DNA of 64,000 nt from Escherichia coli (GCF_003790525.1 NZ_CP033635.1), one strand, 5' to 3'. Shown: positions 29,988 through 43,636, numbered from the stretch's first letter. The notes: generated from the letters alone by a model not told the origin. Translations and numbers: made by a program.

Positions 29988-31526
29988 TTAGTGCGCACCG
30001 CCTCCGCCGCCACCTGCGCCAAATGGCGGTTTAGCAAACCACACCAGCCCCAGCAAGACGAGGAATATCCCGGCTGACATCCAGAAGATCTCATTGGCGG
30101 AAATAATCAGCCCCTGATTGGTGATCTGCTGGGCAATCCAGCCTGATGCCTGCTGTTGCGTCATCCCAAGCCCTTCCAGTTGACTGTACATCGCCTGGGC
30201 ATTCGGGTTGAACGGGTTTACCGACTCAGTCAACTGCGCATGGTGCAGCGACTCGCGGTTGGTCCACATAGTCGTGGTTATCGATGTGCCGATAGACCCC
30301 GCCAGCGTTCGCGTAAAGTTGGAGAGGCTCGATGCTGCCGCCAGTCGTTCCGGTGGCAAACCGGACAGCGTAATGGTGGTTAGCGGCATAAAGAAGCAGG
30401 CCACCGCAAAACCCTGGATAAACTGCGGCCAGGCCGACGCGCCAAAATCCATACCCGGTTCAAAGGTATAGGCACGCCAGTAGAAGCAGACGGCATACAT
30501 AATAAAGCTGAAGGTTACCAGTCGGCGCATATCCAGTTTATGCGCGAAGCGGCCGATAATCGGCGACAGGATCACCGGAATAATCCCTACCGGTGCAGAG
30601 GCCAGCCCTGCCCACGTCGCCGTGTAACCGTAGACCTCCTGCAACAACTGCGGCAGCAGAACAATCGCGCCGAAGTAGAGCATATACGCGAGGCTGATAC
30701 ACAAGCAGCCGATGGTGAAGTTGCGCGACTTAAACAACGACAGATCGACTATCGGGTTATCGTCGGTCAGCTCCCAGACAATCAGGAAGCAGATAGCCAC
30801 CACCGCCACCACGGTGAGGATGATAATTTCCTGTGATGAGAACCAGTCCAGCTCTTTACCGCGGTCGAGCATAATCTGCAGGCTGCCGATACCAATAACC
30901 AGCAGTGCCAGCCCCACGGCATCAATCCGCCGCCGTTCGGTGCGGGTTTCACGTCCGCGCAGAGTTTGCAGTGTCATCAACACCACCGCCACGCCAATCG
31001 GCACGTTGATGAAGAATATCCAGCCCCAGTGGTAATTATCACTGATATAACCGCCGAGGATCGGACCGCAAATTGGCGCAACAATCACCGTCATCGACCA
31101 CAACGCCAGCGCGATCGAGCGTTTGGCTGGCGGGTAGTTATTCAGCAATAGACTTTGCGAAAGCGGGATCAGCGGCCCGGCGACAATCCCCTGAATCACG
31201 CGGAAGAAGATCAGCATATTCAGGCTGCTGGAGACACCACACGCCCACGACGCAATAGCAAAGGCGATGGTTGACCAGAGGAACAATTTCACTTCCCCGA
31301 CGCGCTTTGCCAGCCAGCCGGTAAGCGGGATCGAGATGGCATTCGCCACCCCGAAAGAAGTGATTACCCACGTTCCCTGGCTGAGCGATGAGCCCAGATT
31401 CCCGGCGATAGTGGGGATCGCCACGTTAGCAATGGTGGAGTCCAGCACCTGCATGAATGTCGCCAGTGACAGCGCAATCGTCATAATGACCAGTTGCGCG
31501 CCTTCCAGCGGTTTTTGCTGTTGCAT
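29988..31526 (-). CDS. emrB: Multidrug efflux MFS transporter EmrB
   Basis: 512 aa from the ATG at 31526 (MQQQKPLEGAQLVIMTIALSLATF...); 14-TM MFS protein with a C-terminal glycine run. Confidence 0.9.
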   Translation of the reverse strand: MQQQKPLEGAQLVIMTIALSLATFMQVLDSTIANVAIPTIAGNLGSSLSQGTWVITSFGVANAISIPLTGWLAKRVGEVKLFLWSTIAFAIASWACGVSSSLNMLIFFRVIQGIVAGPLIPLSQSLLLNNYPPAKRSIALALWSMTVIVAPICGPILGGYISDNYHWGWIFFINVPIGVAVVLMTLQTLRGRETRTERRRIDAVGLALLVIGIGSLQIMLDRGKELDWFSSQEIIILTVVAVVAICFLIVWELTDDNPIVDLSLFKSRNFTIGCLCISLAYMLYFGAIVLLPQLLQEVYGYTATWAGLASAPVGIIPVILSPIIGRFAHKLDMRRLVTFSFIMYAVCFYWRAYTFEPGMDFGASAWPQFIQGFAVACFFMPLTTITLSGLPPERLAAASSLSNFTRTLAGSIGTSITTTMWTNRESLHHAQLTESVNPFNPNAQAMYSQLEGLGMTQQQASGWIAQQITNQGLIISANEIFWMSAGIFLVLLGLVWFAKPPFGAGGGGGGAH

Positions 31527-31542
31527 CACACGCACCTCTGGA

Positions 31543-32715
31543 TTAGCCAGCGTTAGCTTTTACGATATCGTCGATCAGTTTATTGACAGGTGCCAAGCTG
31601 ATTTCACGCGCGGTGCTTACCGCTACCGGTGTGGAACGTACTTTATTTGCCAGTACCTGACCGTCACGGTTAGTGGTATTGACGCTCACCAGCGTGGACA
31701 AACCGATACGCAGCGGGTATTGCTCGAGCTGTTTCTGGTCCAGTTCAATACGAACAGGCAGACGCTGAACGACTTTGATCCAGTTACCGGTGGCGTTTTG
31801 CGCCGGAAGCAGTGAGAACGCGCTACCTGTGCCCATATCCAGACCAACCACTTTACCGGTGTATTTCACATCATCGCCGTAAATATCGGTGGTGATGGTG
31901 ACCGGTTGACCGATACGCATATTGGCAATCTGCGTCTCTTTAAAGTTGGCATCCACCCACATATTGGTGGCTGGAACGACCGCCATCAGCGGCGTCGTTG
32001 GGCTAATTTGCGCCCCAGGCTGTACCGCGCGGCGGGAGACATAACCGGTCATCGGACTGACAATACGAGTACGCTCCAGCGCCAGCCAGGCGTTACGTAC
32101 TTCGGTGGCAGCCTGTTGCACGGCAGGCTGATCTTCCAGTTTCGTCCCCAGAATCATCGCCTGATTTGCATTGTATTGTTGAATAGCGACGTCCAGTTGT
32201 GCCTGGGCACTGGTAACGGCGTCGCGGGCGTGTTGCAGCTCTTCGCGACCAATCAGGTTGGCATTGCCCAGCGGCACACGGCGGTTGTAGTCGCTTTGTG
32301 CTTTCGCGAGTGCGATTTTTTGCACCTCAATATTCGCCTGCAACTGTTTGCTGTTAATCATCAGCTGGTGGGTTTGGCGAACGCTGGAAGCCAGTGCAGT
32401 TTTGGCTTTTTCAAACGCCTGGCGAGCATCTGTCGGGTCGAGAGTGACCAGCACGTCGCCTTCTTTTACAAAATCGGTGTTATCGGCCCAGACTTTCGTC
32501 ACGCTGCCAGACACCTGAGACATAATTTGAATCTGATTCCCTGCCACGTATGCATCATCGGTTTCTTCGAAATGACGCAGTACTAAAAACCAATAAATCC
32601 CTATCGCTACGGCAATAATTATAAAGAGCAAGGTGAGAAGGAGGAGCAGACGCTTACGTTTGCCGCTCTTCTTTACCGGTTGCTGCGGGGTTTGAGTCTC
32701 CGCATTTGCGCTCAT
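31543..32715 (-). CDS. emrA: Multidrug efflux membrane fusion protein EmrA
   Basis: 390 aa from the ATG at 32715 (MSANAETQTPQQPVKKSGKRKR...), matching recalled EmrA. Confidence 0.9.
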   Translation of the reverse strand: MSANAETQTPQQPVKKSGKRKRLLLLLTLLFIIIAVAIGIYWFLVLRHFEETDDAYVAGNQIQIMSQVSGSVTKVWADNTDFVKEGDVLVTLDPTDARQAFEKAKTALASSVRQTHQLMINSKQLQANIEVQKIALAKAQSDYNRRVPLGNANLIGREELQHARDAVTSAQAQLDVAIQQYNANQAMILGTKLEDQPAVQQAATEVRNAWLALERTRIVSPMTGYVSRRAVQPGAQISPTTPLMAVVPATNMWVDANFKETQIANMRIGQPVTITTDIYGDDVKYTGKVVGLDMGTGSAFSLLPAQNATGNWIKVVQRLPVRIELDQKQLEQYPLRIGLSTLVSVNTTNRDGQVLANKVRSTPVAVSTAREISLAPVNKLIDDIVKANAG

Positions 32716-32763
32716 ATTGTTCTCCACGATCTTCTTAACTCATCGGCTGAGCCGACCTGCTTG

Positions 32764-32794
32764 CCAAAAAGGCCAGCATGTTGCGATGCTGGCC
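32764..32794 (-). terminator. Intrinsic terminator or attenuator hairpin between mprA and emrA
   Basis: ggccagcat-gttgcg-atgctggcc stem followed on the minus strand by TTTTT. Confidence 0.5.
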
Positions 32795-32841
32795 AGTCAT
32801 TTTTTCTTTTATAAATCTGGATTTTTGAGCGAGATGACGCG

Positions 32842-33372
32842 TTAGCTCATCGCTTCGAGAACCACACCGTCTTGTTCCATCTGGTCGAGACGGGAGAGCA
32901 ATTTGCGGGTGATTTGCTCGAGCTGATCTTTTTCTGTTGTGCTGAGCGCGGACCAGAGTTGATGCAGGCAGTTATGCTGCGGTGGTAAAACCTCGCGCAA
33001 AAACTCGTGACCTTTTTCCGTTAATTGCAGATGCAGGCAGCGGCGATCGTTATCGCTTTCACGACGTTCGATCCAACCGCGTTTTTCCAGTTCATCGGCA
33101 ATACGCGTCGCGTTGGTACGGGATGATCCAAGAGCACAACTCAATTCAGAAGGCTGAATACTGTGGTTTTCCTGAGACTCCAGCGTAATCAACGCCATAA
33201 ACAACGTCTCGTTAATCCCCTGAGCCTTCAGCATTTTATTGCGGTTTTCCAGCAGCTTGCTTTGCATATGCATGCAAAGACGGGTCAGAAGGATCTCCTG
33301 ATAAGGAAAATCTTCGTGGCGGCTGGCGCGAAATTTTAGCATTTGTTCAATGGGCGTAAACGAACTATCCAT
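32842..33372 (-). CDS. mprA: MarR-family repressor MprA (EmrR)
   Basis: 176-aa ORF upstream of emrAB with a winged-HTH MarR-like sequence. Confidence 0.9.
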
Positions 33373-33462
33373 TTGGGTATGACCTCATTAATTTCAGCCG
33401 ATATAGTAACGACAGTGACAAATAAAGTAAATGTATTGTTTTAGAAAAATGATTCTTGTGGG

Positions 33463-33798
33463 TTATATAATCGCCATCACTTTCCAGGCTAGCCCATAGG
33501 CCAGCGCACTAAGCAGTGTTGGGATGATAATGCTGCGTGTTTTATAGAAACTGGCACCCAGTACCGCGAAGCCGACCAGCGTGGGCACGAAACGGCGTGT
33601 ATCGTGCATCACTTCTGGTGCGGTAGAGACAACCAGCAGAGCGCATATCGAGGCGATGCCAATGGTGTCGAGCAAAATGCCTATCGCGCCACGTTTGGTT
33701 GGGCGGGCATTACCCACACGCAGGCGCAGCGGCAGATAGCGGAAGCAATAATTCGCCGCGCCAACCAGTAACCCAAGCAGCAGAACCTCATAGCTCAT
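33463..33798 (-). CDS. ygaH: Branched-chain amino acid exporter small subunit YgaH (AzlD-like)
   Basis: 111-aa hydrophobic ORF overlapping ygaZ. Confidence 0.85.
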   Translation of the reverse strand: MSYEVLLLGLLVGAANYCFRYLPLRLRVGNARPTKRGAIGILLDTIGIASICALLVVSTAPEVMHDTRRFVPTLVGFAVLGASFYKTRSIIIPTLLSALAYGLAWKVMAII

Positions 33799-34525
33799 CG
33801 GGCGCTCCTTGCCAGAATGCCTGGATTAACGCAGTGAGGCAGCCACAGACAATGCCTGCCAGAATGGCGACGGGAATAGAAAATAGCGTTACGCCTGCAA
33901 GGGCACCAACTAACGCTGCGGTAACGCAAAGAGATTGTTTGCGCTGGAAAGAGGCGAGCAGGAAACTCATAAAGAGTGCCGGAAGCATAAAACCTAATGC
34001 TGCTTCAACGGCGGGATATCCTTGCAGCAAGCCGCTGCCGGAGAATGCCCCTATTACCGTACCAAATACCCACGATGACCATGAACTGAAGGCAATGCCG
34101 ATCATCCAGTTTTCGCTCCAGCGGCGATTATTGCGTACCAGTTTTGCGGTTGCGGCGGCAAAAACCTCATCCGTCAGGCCAAACGCCCACAGGGCGGTTT
34201 TCGATTTTTGCAGACGCTGAATAATACGGCTACGCAGTGACGGGCCATACAAAACATGGCGAACATCCATTGCCATGACGGTCAGTGCAGCAACCCACAA
34301 ACTACTCCCGGCTGCCAGCATCGCGGTAATGACGAACTGGCTCGCGCCTGCATAAATGATGCAGGAGAAAAAAACGCTTTCGAGAGGAGAGAATCCCAGA
34401 CGGGTCGCATTCAGACCGAACGCAAAGGCCACCGGAATATAACTAATAACAATCGGTAAACTGTCTTTGCATCCTTCCATGAAGGTCGCCGAACCAGGAG
34501 CAGGCTGTGGAGTAGGGCTTTCCAT
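33788..34525 (-). CDS. ygaZ: Branched-chain amino acid exporter large subunit YgaZ (AzlC-like)
   Basis: 245-aa membrane ORF preceding ygaH. Confidence 0.85.
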   Translation of the reverse strand: MESPTPQPAPGSATFMEGCKDSLPIVISYIPVAFAFGLNATRLGFSPLESVFFSCIIYAGASQFVITAMLAAGSSLWVAALTVMAMDVRHVLYGPSLRSRIIQRLQKSKTALWAFGLTDEVFAAATAKLVRNNRRWSENWMIGIAFSSWSSWVFGTVIGAFSGSGLLQGYPAVEAALGFMLPALFMSFLLASFQRKQSLCVTAALVGALAGVTLFSIPVAILAGIVCGCLTALIQAFWQGAPDEL

Positions 34526-34648
34526 AGAGTGTACGCTTAACGATTGTTAATATTATAAATAGACTGAATGAATATCTTAACCTTATCAGACTGATGGGCT
34601 TCTTAACACCCTTATAAGTGTAAAGCCACGAAAACGGTTGCTGATTGC

Positions 34649-35833
34649 TTAATTTGCGGCTTCCTGACGATGAAAACCTCGCCACCAGACCAGTAAGTTA
34701 ACCAGGGCAATCGTCGCGCCAGCCAGACAAACGCCAGCCCAACCGCCATGTTGCCAGGCTGAGGCTGAAATTAGCGAACCGGCGGCACCGCCAATAAAGT
34801 AGCTGGTCATGTAACCTGCGGTCAGGCGATTACGCGCATCAGGGTGTATTCGATAAATTACCGTCTGGTTAGTGATATGCACGCCCTGCACGGTGAGGTC
34901 CAGCACCAGGATGCCGATAACCAGCGCCAGTACAGAAGTGTGTCCAAACCAGATAGCCAGCCATGAAAGTAACAGCAGCAGCAGGCCGAAAGTTGTGGTG
35001 AGGTGTGATTTGCCCTTATCGGCAAAACCGCCCGCCGGACGAGCGCCTAACGCCCCGGCAGCTCCTGCAAGTCCGAACAGACCAATTACGCCATCGCTGT
35101 AGTTAAAAGGTGGAGCGGCAAGCAAAAAGGCCATTGAGGTCCAGAGAATGCTGAAGTTGGCAAAGGTCAGGCAGCCCAGCAACGCGCGGGTGCGCAGGAT
35201 TTTATCGCTGATAAACATGCTGAAAACAGAACCTAGCAACTGTGGGTAGTTGAGGTGGGTTTCTGATTTCATTTGTGGCAGACCACGCCATAACGCCAGC
35301 GCCATCAGTGCCATTAATACCGAAGCGACCCAAAAGACAGTTCGCCAGCCACCGAGACTCGCCAGCAATCCGGCAACGGTCCGTGCCAGCAAGATCCCCA
35401 ACAGCAGCCCGCTCATAATGGTGCCGACCACTTTGCCGCGTTTGTCCGGTGAAGCCAGCGTCGCTGCCAGCGGAACCAGAATTTGTGCCACGACTGAGAA
35501 TAAACCGGTTAATGCCGTACCGAGGATCATCATCGCCAGCGACTGACTGCTGGCGGTAATCAACATACCGCCCGCTGCCAGTAAGGTCATCGAGACAATC
35601 AGGCGGCGGCGTTCAAACATATCACCGAGGGGAACAAGAAACAGCAGACCTGCGGCATAGCCCAACTGCGCGGCGGTAACAATAAAGCCCGCCGAACTGG
35701 CGGAAAGGGAAAAGTTACGCGCGATGGTGTCGAGTAATGGCTGGGCGTAATAGTTACTGGCTACCGCCAGACCGGTGGCGATAGACATCAGCACGATCAG
35801 TGCCGGGCTAAGCTCATGATTAGGTTTAGTCAT
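34649..35833 (-). CDS. ygaY: MFS transporter YgaY (intact here; recalled as a pseudogene in K-12)
   Basis: 394-aa uninterrupted 12-TM-like ORF at the ygaY position between ygaZ and proX. Confidence 0.75.
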   Translation of the reverse strand: MTKPNHELSPALIVLMSIATGLAVASNYYAQPLLDTIARNFSLSASSAGFIVTAAQLGYAAGLLFLVPLGDMFERRRLIVSMTLLAAGGMLITASSQSLAMMILGTALTGLFSVVAQILVPLAATLASPDKRGKVVGTIMSGLLLGILLARTVAGLLASLGGWRTVFWVASVLMALMALALWRGLPQMKSETHLNYPQLLGSVFSMFISDKILRTRALLGCLTFANFSILWTSMAFLLAAPPFNYSDGVIGLFGLAGAAGALGARPAGGFADKGKSHLTTTFGLLLLLLSWLAIWFGHTSVLALVIGILVLDLTVQGVHITNQTVIYRIHPDARNRLTAGYMTSYFIGGAAGSLISASAWQHGGWAGVCLAGATIALVNLLVWWRGFHRQEAAN

Positions 35834-35934
35834 TATTTTTGTTCATCAGGTGATGATTAAGCTGGAAATCAATAATAGCGGATGTTGATGAATATGGGAT
35901 GAAAGATAGATTGTTGAAATGTGCGGTGTGGTTT

Positions 35935-36014
35935 GTAGGTATGATAAGACGCACCAGCGTCGCATCAGGCATTGTGTACAGAGCGGCGGATGAGGCAAAA
36001 ACGCCTTATCCGCC
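35935..36014. repeat. REP/BIME element
   Basis: gtaggtatgataagacgcaccagcgtcgcatcaggc...ggcggatgaggcaaaaacgccttatccgccc. Confidence 0.7.
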
Positions 36015-36024
36015 CGAATAAAAA

Positions 36025-37017
36025 TTACTTCTGCGCTGCCAGCGCTTCATTCACCCAGCCATCGAACTGCTGCTGGTGGGCTTTGATCCAACCATCAACG
36101 TGGCCCTGAATATCGCCTTCTGAGGCTTTGCCGTCATGCATAATGGCGTTCTGGGCGTTAATATCTGCCACTGGTAACTGCATAATGGCAAACAGTTTCG
36201 CTGCTGCCGGGTTTTTCTCAGCCCAGGCTTTGTTGGCAACGATATGCATGGTACTGACCGGGAAGCCGTAATTCGCGCCATTCGGCAGTTTGGTATCGGC
36301 ATTTTTATCGCCCGGCAGTGCGGAGAACGGCACCTGCAACCAGACCACATCTTTCCCCGGTTTCAGTTCGTTACTCACCCAGTACGGCGTCCAGGTGTAG
36401 TAAAACACCGGCTTACCCTCTTTGTAACGACTGATGGTGTCAGCCATCATCGCTGCGTAGTTCCCCTGATTATGCGTCACGGTATTGGTCAGTCCATACG
36501 CGGCAAGCTGGTGGTTGATCGCACCTTCGCAGCCCCAGCCTGGGTTACAGCCGGTTAAATCCGCTTTACCGTCGCCGTTGGTATCGAACAGTTTGGCGAT
36601 CTTCGGATCTTTAAGTTGCGCGATGTTGGTAATTTTATACTGGTCGGCGGTTTTCTTATCGATCAGGTAACCCTGTGCCGCGCCGTTAACAAATACTCCT
36701 TCACGATAAAATTTCTTATCGCCACCGGCAGCTTCATACATGTTGTCATGCAGCGGCGTCCAGTTCACGGCGGTGAAGGTTGCATCGCCGGAAGCAAGTG
36801 AGGTGTAGCCAACGTTGTAATCCACTTCGCTGGGTTTATTGACGGTATAACCTAATTTCTCCAGTGCACGACTGACCAGCAGCGTCTGGAAGGTTTCTTC
36901 AGTGATGGTACTCTGAACTGGATTAACAGTAATGCCTTTGCCCGGCAGATCGGCAGCAAAAGTTTGTGTAGAGATAAGCGTGGCAAACGCTGTCGCAAAA
37001 AGTACGCTATGTCGCAT
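36025..37017 (-). CDS. proX: Glycine betaine/proline ABC transporter periplasmic binding protein ProX
   Basis: 330 aa from the ATG at 37017 ([28 protein letters not shown], signal peptide); the track ORF has a 14-codon upstream extension. Confidence 0.9.
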   Translation of the reverse strand: MRHSVLFATAFATLISTQTFAADLPGKGITVNPVQSTITEETFQTLLVSRALEKLGYTVNKPSEVDYNVGYTSLASGDATFTAVNWTPLHDNMYEAAGGDKKFYREGVFVNGAAQGYLIDKKTADQYKITNIAQLKDPKIAKLFDTNGDGKADLTGCNPGWGCEGAINHQLAAYGLTNTVTHNQGNYAAMMADTISRYKEGKPVFYYTWTPYWVSNELKPGKDVVWLQVPFSALPGDKNADTKLPNGANYGFPVSTMHIVANKAWAEKNPAAAKLFAIMQLPVADINAQNAIMHDGKASEGDIQGHVDGWIKAHQQQFDGWVNEALAAQK

Positions 37018-37074
37018 TGTTATTCCTTTTTTTGGCAGGGTGATAATGCCCGGCGTCACCGGGCAAGTGCAGAG

Positions 37075-38139
37075 TTACTTAATGAATGGGCGGGTCAGCA
37101 GACCGACAGGGCCAGTGGTGTACCAGCGACGGTTGCCGCGACTGCGTGAGTCGCGCCCAACGGCCTGCGTCAGGCGGTCGAGGATAATGGCGAGGATCAC
37201 AATCCCGACGCCGCCAACGGTGGCAAGCCCCATATCCAGACGACCGATACCGCGAAGTACCATCTGACCCAGCCCGCCGACGGCAATCATCGAGGCGATG
37301 ACCACCATAGAAAGGGCCAGCATCAGCGTCTGGTTAACGCCCGCCATAATGGTTGGCATCGCCAGTGGTAACTGAACTTTGAACAGCATCTGGCGCGGGC
37401 TGGCACCGAATGAGCGCGAGGCTTCAATCAGATCCGCCGGAACCTGGTTAATTCCCAGAATCGTCAGACGGATAATCGGCGGCAGCGCAAAGATGATTGT
37501 CACCACCACGCCCGGCACGTTACCGATACCAAACAGCATGACGATTGGCACCAGATAAACAAACGCGGGCGTGGTCTGCATGGCATCAAGCAGTGGACGA
37601 ATAATTTTCGCCGCTCGCGGACTTCTCGCCAGCCAGATCCCCAACGGCAAACCTATGACGATACAGAACAGCAGGGCGGTTAACACCAGCGCCAGGGTAA
37701 CCATGGCCTGCGACCAGGCACCGATTGCGCCGATGGCAATCAGCGAAACCAGCGTCGCCACGCCCATTCCGACCCCGGAAATCTGCCAGGCGATGAGAGC
37801 GAAAACGATAATCGCCACCGGCGCGGGCATACCCAGCAGCAATTGCTGGAAACCGTTGAGGATGTAATCAACCGGAAGGCGCACGCCCTGAAAGACGGGA
37901 CGAAAATGGGTAACGACCCAGTCGATCCCTTCAGTGACCCAACTGTCGAGCGGGATTAGCGTTTTATGGAACGGATCGAGAATATTAAAATGCTCGACGT
38001 TTGGCGCAGGCGTACTGGTCAGCCAGTCAGCGCCACCGCCGTCAGTCGGTGCAGTCGCCGGTGTACCCCAGGCGTCTGCGGATTGTGCAGCACTGTCCGC
38101 CGCTGGCGTGGTATCCCACGGATTATTTTGATCAGCCAT
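37075..38139 (-). CDS. proW: Glycine betaine/proline ABC transporter permease ProW
   Basis: 354-aa ORF with a hydrophilic N-terminus followed by TM segments. Confidence 0.9.
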   Translation of the reverse strand: MADQNNPWDTTPAADSAAQSADAWGTPATAPTDGGGADWLTSTPAPNVEHFNILDPFHKTLIPLDSWVTEGIDWVVTHFRPVFQGVRLPVDYILNGFQQLLLGMPAPVAIIVFALIAWQISGVGMGVATLVSLIAIGAIGAWSQAMVTLALVLTALLFCIVIGLPLGIWLARSPRAAKIIRPLLDAMQTTPAFVYLVPIVMLFGIGNVPGVVVTIIFALPPIIRLTILGINQVPADLIEASRSFGASPRQMLFKVQLPLAMPTIMAGVNQTLMLALSMVVIASMIAVGGLGQMVLRGIGRLDMGLATVGGVGIVILAIILDRLTQAVGRDSRSRGNRRWYTTGPVGLLTRPFIK

Positions 38140-39334
38140 TATTTACCCCCTCACGATCTAAAGCGCGCAGCAGCATTCCTTTCGAAATAATGCCGACATA
38201 CTGTTGGTCCTCGTCGACCACGGGCACCGCACAGGGTGCCTGTCCGACATGAGAGAGCAACTCGCTAAGAGGCGTTTGTGCATCGACCGCTAACGGCGCA
38301 TCAATCAGCGCCGCATCAAGACCTTGCTGCTGCGTTAACGCGGTTTTAAGCGAATCGATAGACACTGCGCCGACAAACTTATTACCACGTTCGATGACGT
38401 AGCCATATTCGCGATCTTCATCCTGCAATAATTTCAGTGCCGAACGCGGGCCGAAGCCGGGGGTTTTACGAATTAAGCCGTTCGGTGTCCGGCGAGCAAT
38501 ATCTTTCGCACTGAATACCTGACTAATATCGACGCCACGGAAGAAGGTACGGACATAATCATTCGCCGGATTATTAAGAATTTCATCCGGTGTACCAACC
38601 TGCACCACTTCACCATTTTGCATAATGGCAATTCGGTCACCAATACGCATAGCTTCATCGAGATCGTGGGAAATAAAGACAATGGTGCGCTGATGTTTCG
38701 CCTGTAATTTTACCAGCTCATCCTGCATCTCGGTGCGAATTAATGGATCGAGCGCCGAGAAGGCTTCGTCCATTAATAATATATCCGGATTAATCGCTAA
38801 CGCGCGGGCTAATCCCACACGTTGACGCATCCCGCCAGAGAGTTCATCCGGGTAGCTGTGGGCATAATTTTCCAGCCCGACCTGACGCAGTGCATCAAGG
38901 GCTTTTTCCCGGCGTCCTTCGGCATTAATTCCGGCCAGTTCCATACCGAACGCAGTATTGTCCAGCACGGTCATATGCGGCATTAAGGCAAAGGACTGGA
39001 ATACCATCGCAATCTTTTTTCTGCGCACCTCACGGAGTTCGGCGTCGGATATTTTGGCAATATCCACACCATCAATCAGCACTTGCCCGCGGGTGGGTTC
39101 AATCAGGCGATTGAGAAGGCGTACCATTGTGGATTTACCCGAACCGGATAATCCCATGATGACAAATATCTCGCCTTCTTCAATGGCCAGACTGGCGTCT
39201 TTTACGCCAAGCGATAGCCCAGTTTTTTCAAGAATTTGTTCTTTTGAAAGTCCTTGTTCGATATATTTGAAAGCTCGCTGTGGATGCTCACCAAATATTT
39301 TATAAAGATTTTTAATTTCTAATTTAATTGCCAT
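38132..39334 (-). CDS. proV: Glycine betaine/proline ABC transporter ATPase ProV
   Basis: 400-aa ORF with Walker [13 protein letters not shown] signature LSGGMRQR and C-terminal CBS domains. Confidence 0.9.
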   Translation of the reverse strand: MAIKLEIKNLYKIFGEHPQRAFKYIEQGLSKEQILEKTGLSLGVKDASLAIEEGEIFVIMGLSGSGKSTMVRLLNRLIEPTRGQVLIDGVDIAKISDAELREVRRKKIAMVFQSFALMPHMTVLDNTAFGMELAGINAEGRREKALDALRQVGLENYAHSYPDELSGGMRQRVGLARALAINPDILLMDEAFSALDPLIRTEMQDELVKLQAKHQRTIVFISHDLDEAMRIGDRIAIMQNGEVVQVGTPDEILNNPANDYVRTFFRGVDISQVFSAKDIARRTPNGLIRKTPGFGPRSALKLLQDEDREYGYVIERGNKFVGAVSIDSLKTALTQQQGLDAALIDAPLAVDAQTPLSELLSHVGQAPCAVPVVDEDQQYVGIISKGMLLRALDREGVNNG

Positions 39335-39689
39335 GCAATAGAAAGATTCCTGTTATTTGTTTATGTCGATACATTACCCAATGGAAATAGTCACTTTTTT
39401 CTACCCTAACATACTGAGAATCTGAGGCAACCCCTGATGGCAAATGTGGCATGAATATTGATGTGAGCAAATCGCCGGAATTTCCCATGATATAAGGGCT
39501 GAGAGCAAATCGAGAAAAGTTGATATTTTTTATCAAAGATAGCAAAAAAACGCCTGAATATTGTGGTTTCAGGCGAATAATGCAACAGAGTATCAGTGTA
39601 GATCACCACAAATTATTTGCGTGATATAAAGCTATTTGGCGGGAATTATTTCCCTGCAGCGGGTAGTGATATTTTTGAAAATAACCCCC

Positions 39690-40658
<969 letters not shown>

Positions 40659-42803
40659 TTAAAGTGCACAGGAGACGCAGCCTTCAATTTCAGTGCCTTC
40701 CAGCGCCATCTGACGCAGGCGAATGTAATAGAGCGTTTTGATACCCTTGCGCCAGGCGTAAATCTGCGCTTTGTTGATATCGCGAGTGGTGGCGGTATCG
40801 GGGAAAAACAGCGTCAGCGACAGCCCCTGATCGACATGGCGAGTCGCTTCCGCGTAGGTGTCGATGATCTTTTCTGCGCCGATTTCGTAAGCGTCCTGAT
40901 ACAGCGCCAGATTTTCGTTAGTCATAAACGGGGCAGGGTAGTAAACGCGTCCTGTTTTGCCCTCTTTGCGTATCTCTACTTTCGCCACAATCGGATGAAT
41001 ACTCGACGTGGCATGGTTGATATAAGAGATAGAACCGGTTGGGGGCACCGCCTGGAGATTCTGGTTGTATATGCCATAGCACATCACGTCGTCGCGCAGC
41101 TGCGCCCACATCTCACGGGTAGGTAACGTAACACCACTACGGGCAAACAGTTCGCCAACTTTCGCCGTTTTCGGCTGCCAGTTACTTTGCAGATATTGGC
41201 TGAAATATTCACCACTGGCATAGCGTGACTGTTTGAACCCGGCGAAGGTTTCACCGCGTTCGCGCGCCAGCAACATCGAGGTACGCAGTGCGTGCCAGGT
41301 GATGGTATAGAAATAGAGATTGGTGAAATCCAGTGCTTCCGGCGAACCATAAGCGATGCCTTCTCGCGCCAGATAACCGTGTAAATTCATCTGCCCCAGA
41401 CCGATGGCGTGTGAGGCGGCATTTCCGGCTTCGATGGACGGCACACTGCGGATATGACTCATATCTGACACCGCCGTTAAACCGCGTACGGCAGTCTCTA
41501 CCGTGCGGGCAAAGTCGGGGGAATCCATGGTGTGGGCAATATTCAACGAACCTAAATTGCAGGAAATATCATGGCCTGTACGGGCATAGTCGAGATTCTC
41601 GTCATAATCTGAGGCGCTGTTAACCTGCAAAATTTCTGAGCAGAGATTGCTCATATTTATGCGCCCGGCGATAGGGTTAGCACGGTTAACCGTGTCTTCA
41701 TACATGATGTACGGATAGCCAGACTCAAACTGGATCTCTGCCAGTCGCTGGAAGAAATCACGGGCGTTGAGGTATTTTTTGCGAATGCGTTCATCGGCAA
41801 CCAGTTCGTCATAGTGTTCACTGATGGCGACATCGGCAAACGGCTTGCCATAAACCCGCTCAACGTCATAGGGCGAAAACAGCGCCATCTGCGCATTCTC
41901 TTTCGCCAGATGGAAAGTGATATCCGGGATCACCACGCCCAGCGACAGTGTTTTAATGCGGATTTTTTCGTCGGCATTTTCCCGTTTTGTATCGAGAAAA
42001 CGCAGAATATCGGGATGATGAGCATGTAAATAGACTGCCCCAGCCCCCTGACGCGCGCCGAGTTGGTTGGCATAGGAAAATGCGTCTTCCAGCATTTTCA
42101 TCACCGGAATCACGCCAGAAGATTGATTTTCAATACGTTTAATTGGCGCGCCCGCTTCCCGCAGATTCGACAGCAAAAATGCTACGCCGCCGCCGCGTTT
42201 CGACAGTTGTAGTGCGGAATTTACTGCCCGGCCAATCGACTCCATATTGTCTTCAATACGCAGCAGAAAACAGGAAACCAGTTCGCCGCGCTGCTGCTTA
42301 CCGCAGTTGAGGAATGTTGGCGTGGCTGGCTGAAAGCGTCCTGACAGCATCTCATCAGTGAGCTGCGTCGCTAGTGTTTCATCGCCTTGTGCCAGCGTCA
42401 GCGCCACCATCGTGACGCGATCGGCAAAATCTTCCAGATAACGCTTACCGTCGAATGTCTTCAACGTATAGCTGGTGTAAAACTTCCATGCTCCGAGGAA
42501 TGTCTGGAAACGAAAACCGCTGGCGTGCGCGTGGGCAAACAGCGTAATGACAAAATCGCGAGAGTAGCGATTAAGGACGCTTTCATCATAGTAACCTTCG
42601 TTAACCAGCCAGTTCAGGCGCTGCTGCTGGCTACTGAAGGCCACACTGTTCGGACGCACATGCGTTGTCATAAAGGCGTCTACTGCCTGGCGATCTTTAT
42701 CGAACTGAATGCGACCTGCGCTATCGTAAAGGTTAAGCATCGCATTCAGAGCGTGATAATCCATCGTTTCCTGCGTCAGGCGTTCTGCGGTTGTCGTTGC
42801 CAA
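40659..42803 (-). CDS. nrdE: Class Ib ribonucleotide reductase alpha subunit NrdE
   Basis: 714-aa ORF with the C-terminal CxxC tail (GCVSCAL). Confidence 0.9.
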
Positions 42804-43186
42804 AATTCGGTTACTCCTTTACGAACGTTTTCGATATCGCTTTGCGTACCCATGAGTTCAAAGCGGTACAGCCACGGCACGCCGCATTTCCGGGCAATCA
42901 CATCTCCGGCGCGGCCATATGCCTCACCAAAGTTGCGATTACCCGAAGCAATAACGCCGCGCAGCAACGCCCGGTTATGCTCGTCGTTTAAAAAGCGAAT
43001 GACCTGTCGTGGCACCGCGCCAGCCGTACCGCCGCCGCCGTAAGAGGGCACGATCAGGATGTAAGGCTCGTCTACCTGAATCCGTTCCCGCTCATTGAGC
43101 GGGATGCGCACCGCGGGCAGCCCTAAACGTTCGATAAAACGCTGCGTATTTTCGGAGCTGCTGGAAAAGTAGACGAGCTGGCTCAT
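42776..43186 (-). CDS. nrdI: Flavodoxin-like protein NrdI
   Basis: 136-aa ORF beginning [17 protein letters not shown]. Confidence 0.9.
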
Positions 43187-43428
43187 GCACTGGCCGCGTG
43201 TGGCGCTGGATGCAGACGATTGATCATGTCCGGGCGGAAACCAGACCAGCTAAGATCGCCTGCAATCACAACCGGCAACTGACGAAAGCCCTGAGCACGC
43301 AGCGCTTCTGCCGCTTCAGGAACGCGATCGACATTAATCATTTCAAAATCAAAGCCCCGGTTTTCCATCGCCCGTTTGGTGGCGTGGCACTGAACGCAAT
43401 CGTTACGAGTGTAAATAGTAATGCGCAT
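43183..43428 (-). CDS. nrdH: Glutaredoxin-like protein NrdH
   Basis: 81-aa ORF with the redox motif CVQCHATKR (CxxC). Confidence 0.9.
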
Positions 43429-43636
43429 GATTCGTATTTCCGTTTAAAATGAAGATACGGCGCGATGATACGCGTCGGGTTGTCTCTCTGTTGATACAGA
43501 GATACTAGATGTAGTTGAAAAAAGATTCAACCACACAAGATATGGGAATTTTAGATTGATTACGCCACCGATGAATGGCTCAACGGGGTAGGGGATTTTG
43601 TGTTTTTTTGCCGGGCGAATACCCGGCATCAAGAAG

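Noticed and set aside
33699-34220. 173-aa plus-strand ORF
   Set aside because: Antisense shadow within ygaZ/ygaH.
43429-43636. Fur and NrdR boxes expected upstream of nrdHIEF
   Set aside because: I could not find a convincing match to either consensus by eye, so no coordinates are asserted; a position-weight-matrix scan would be needed.
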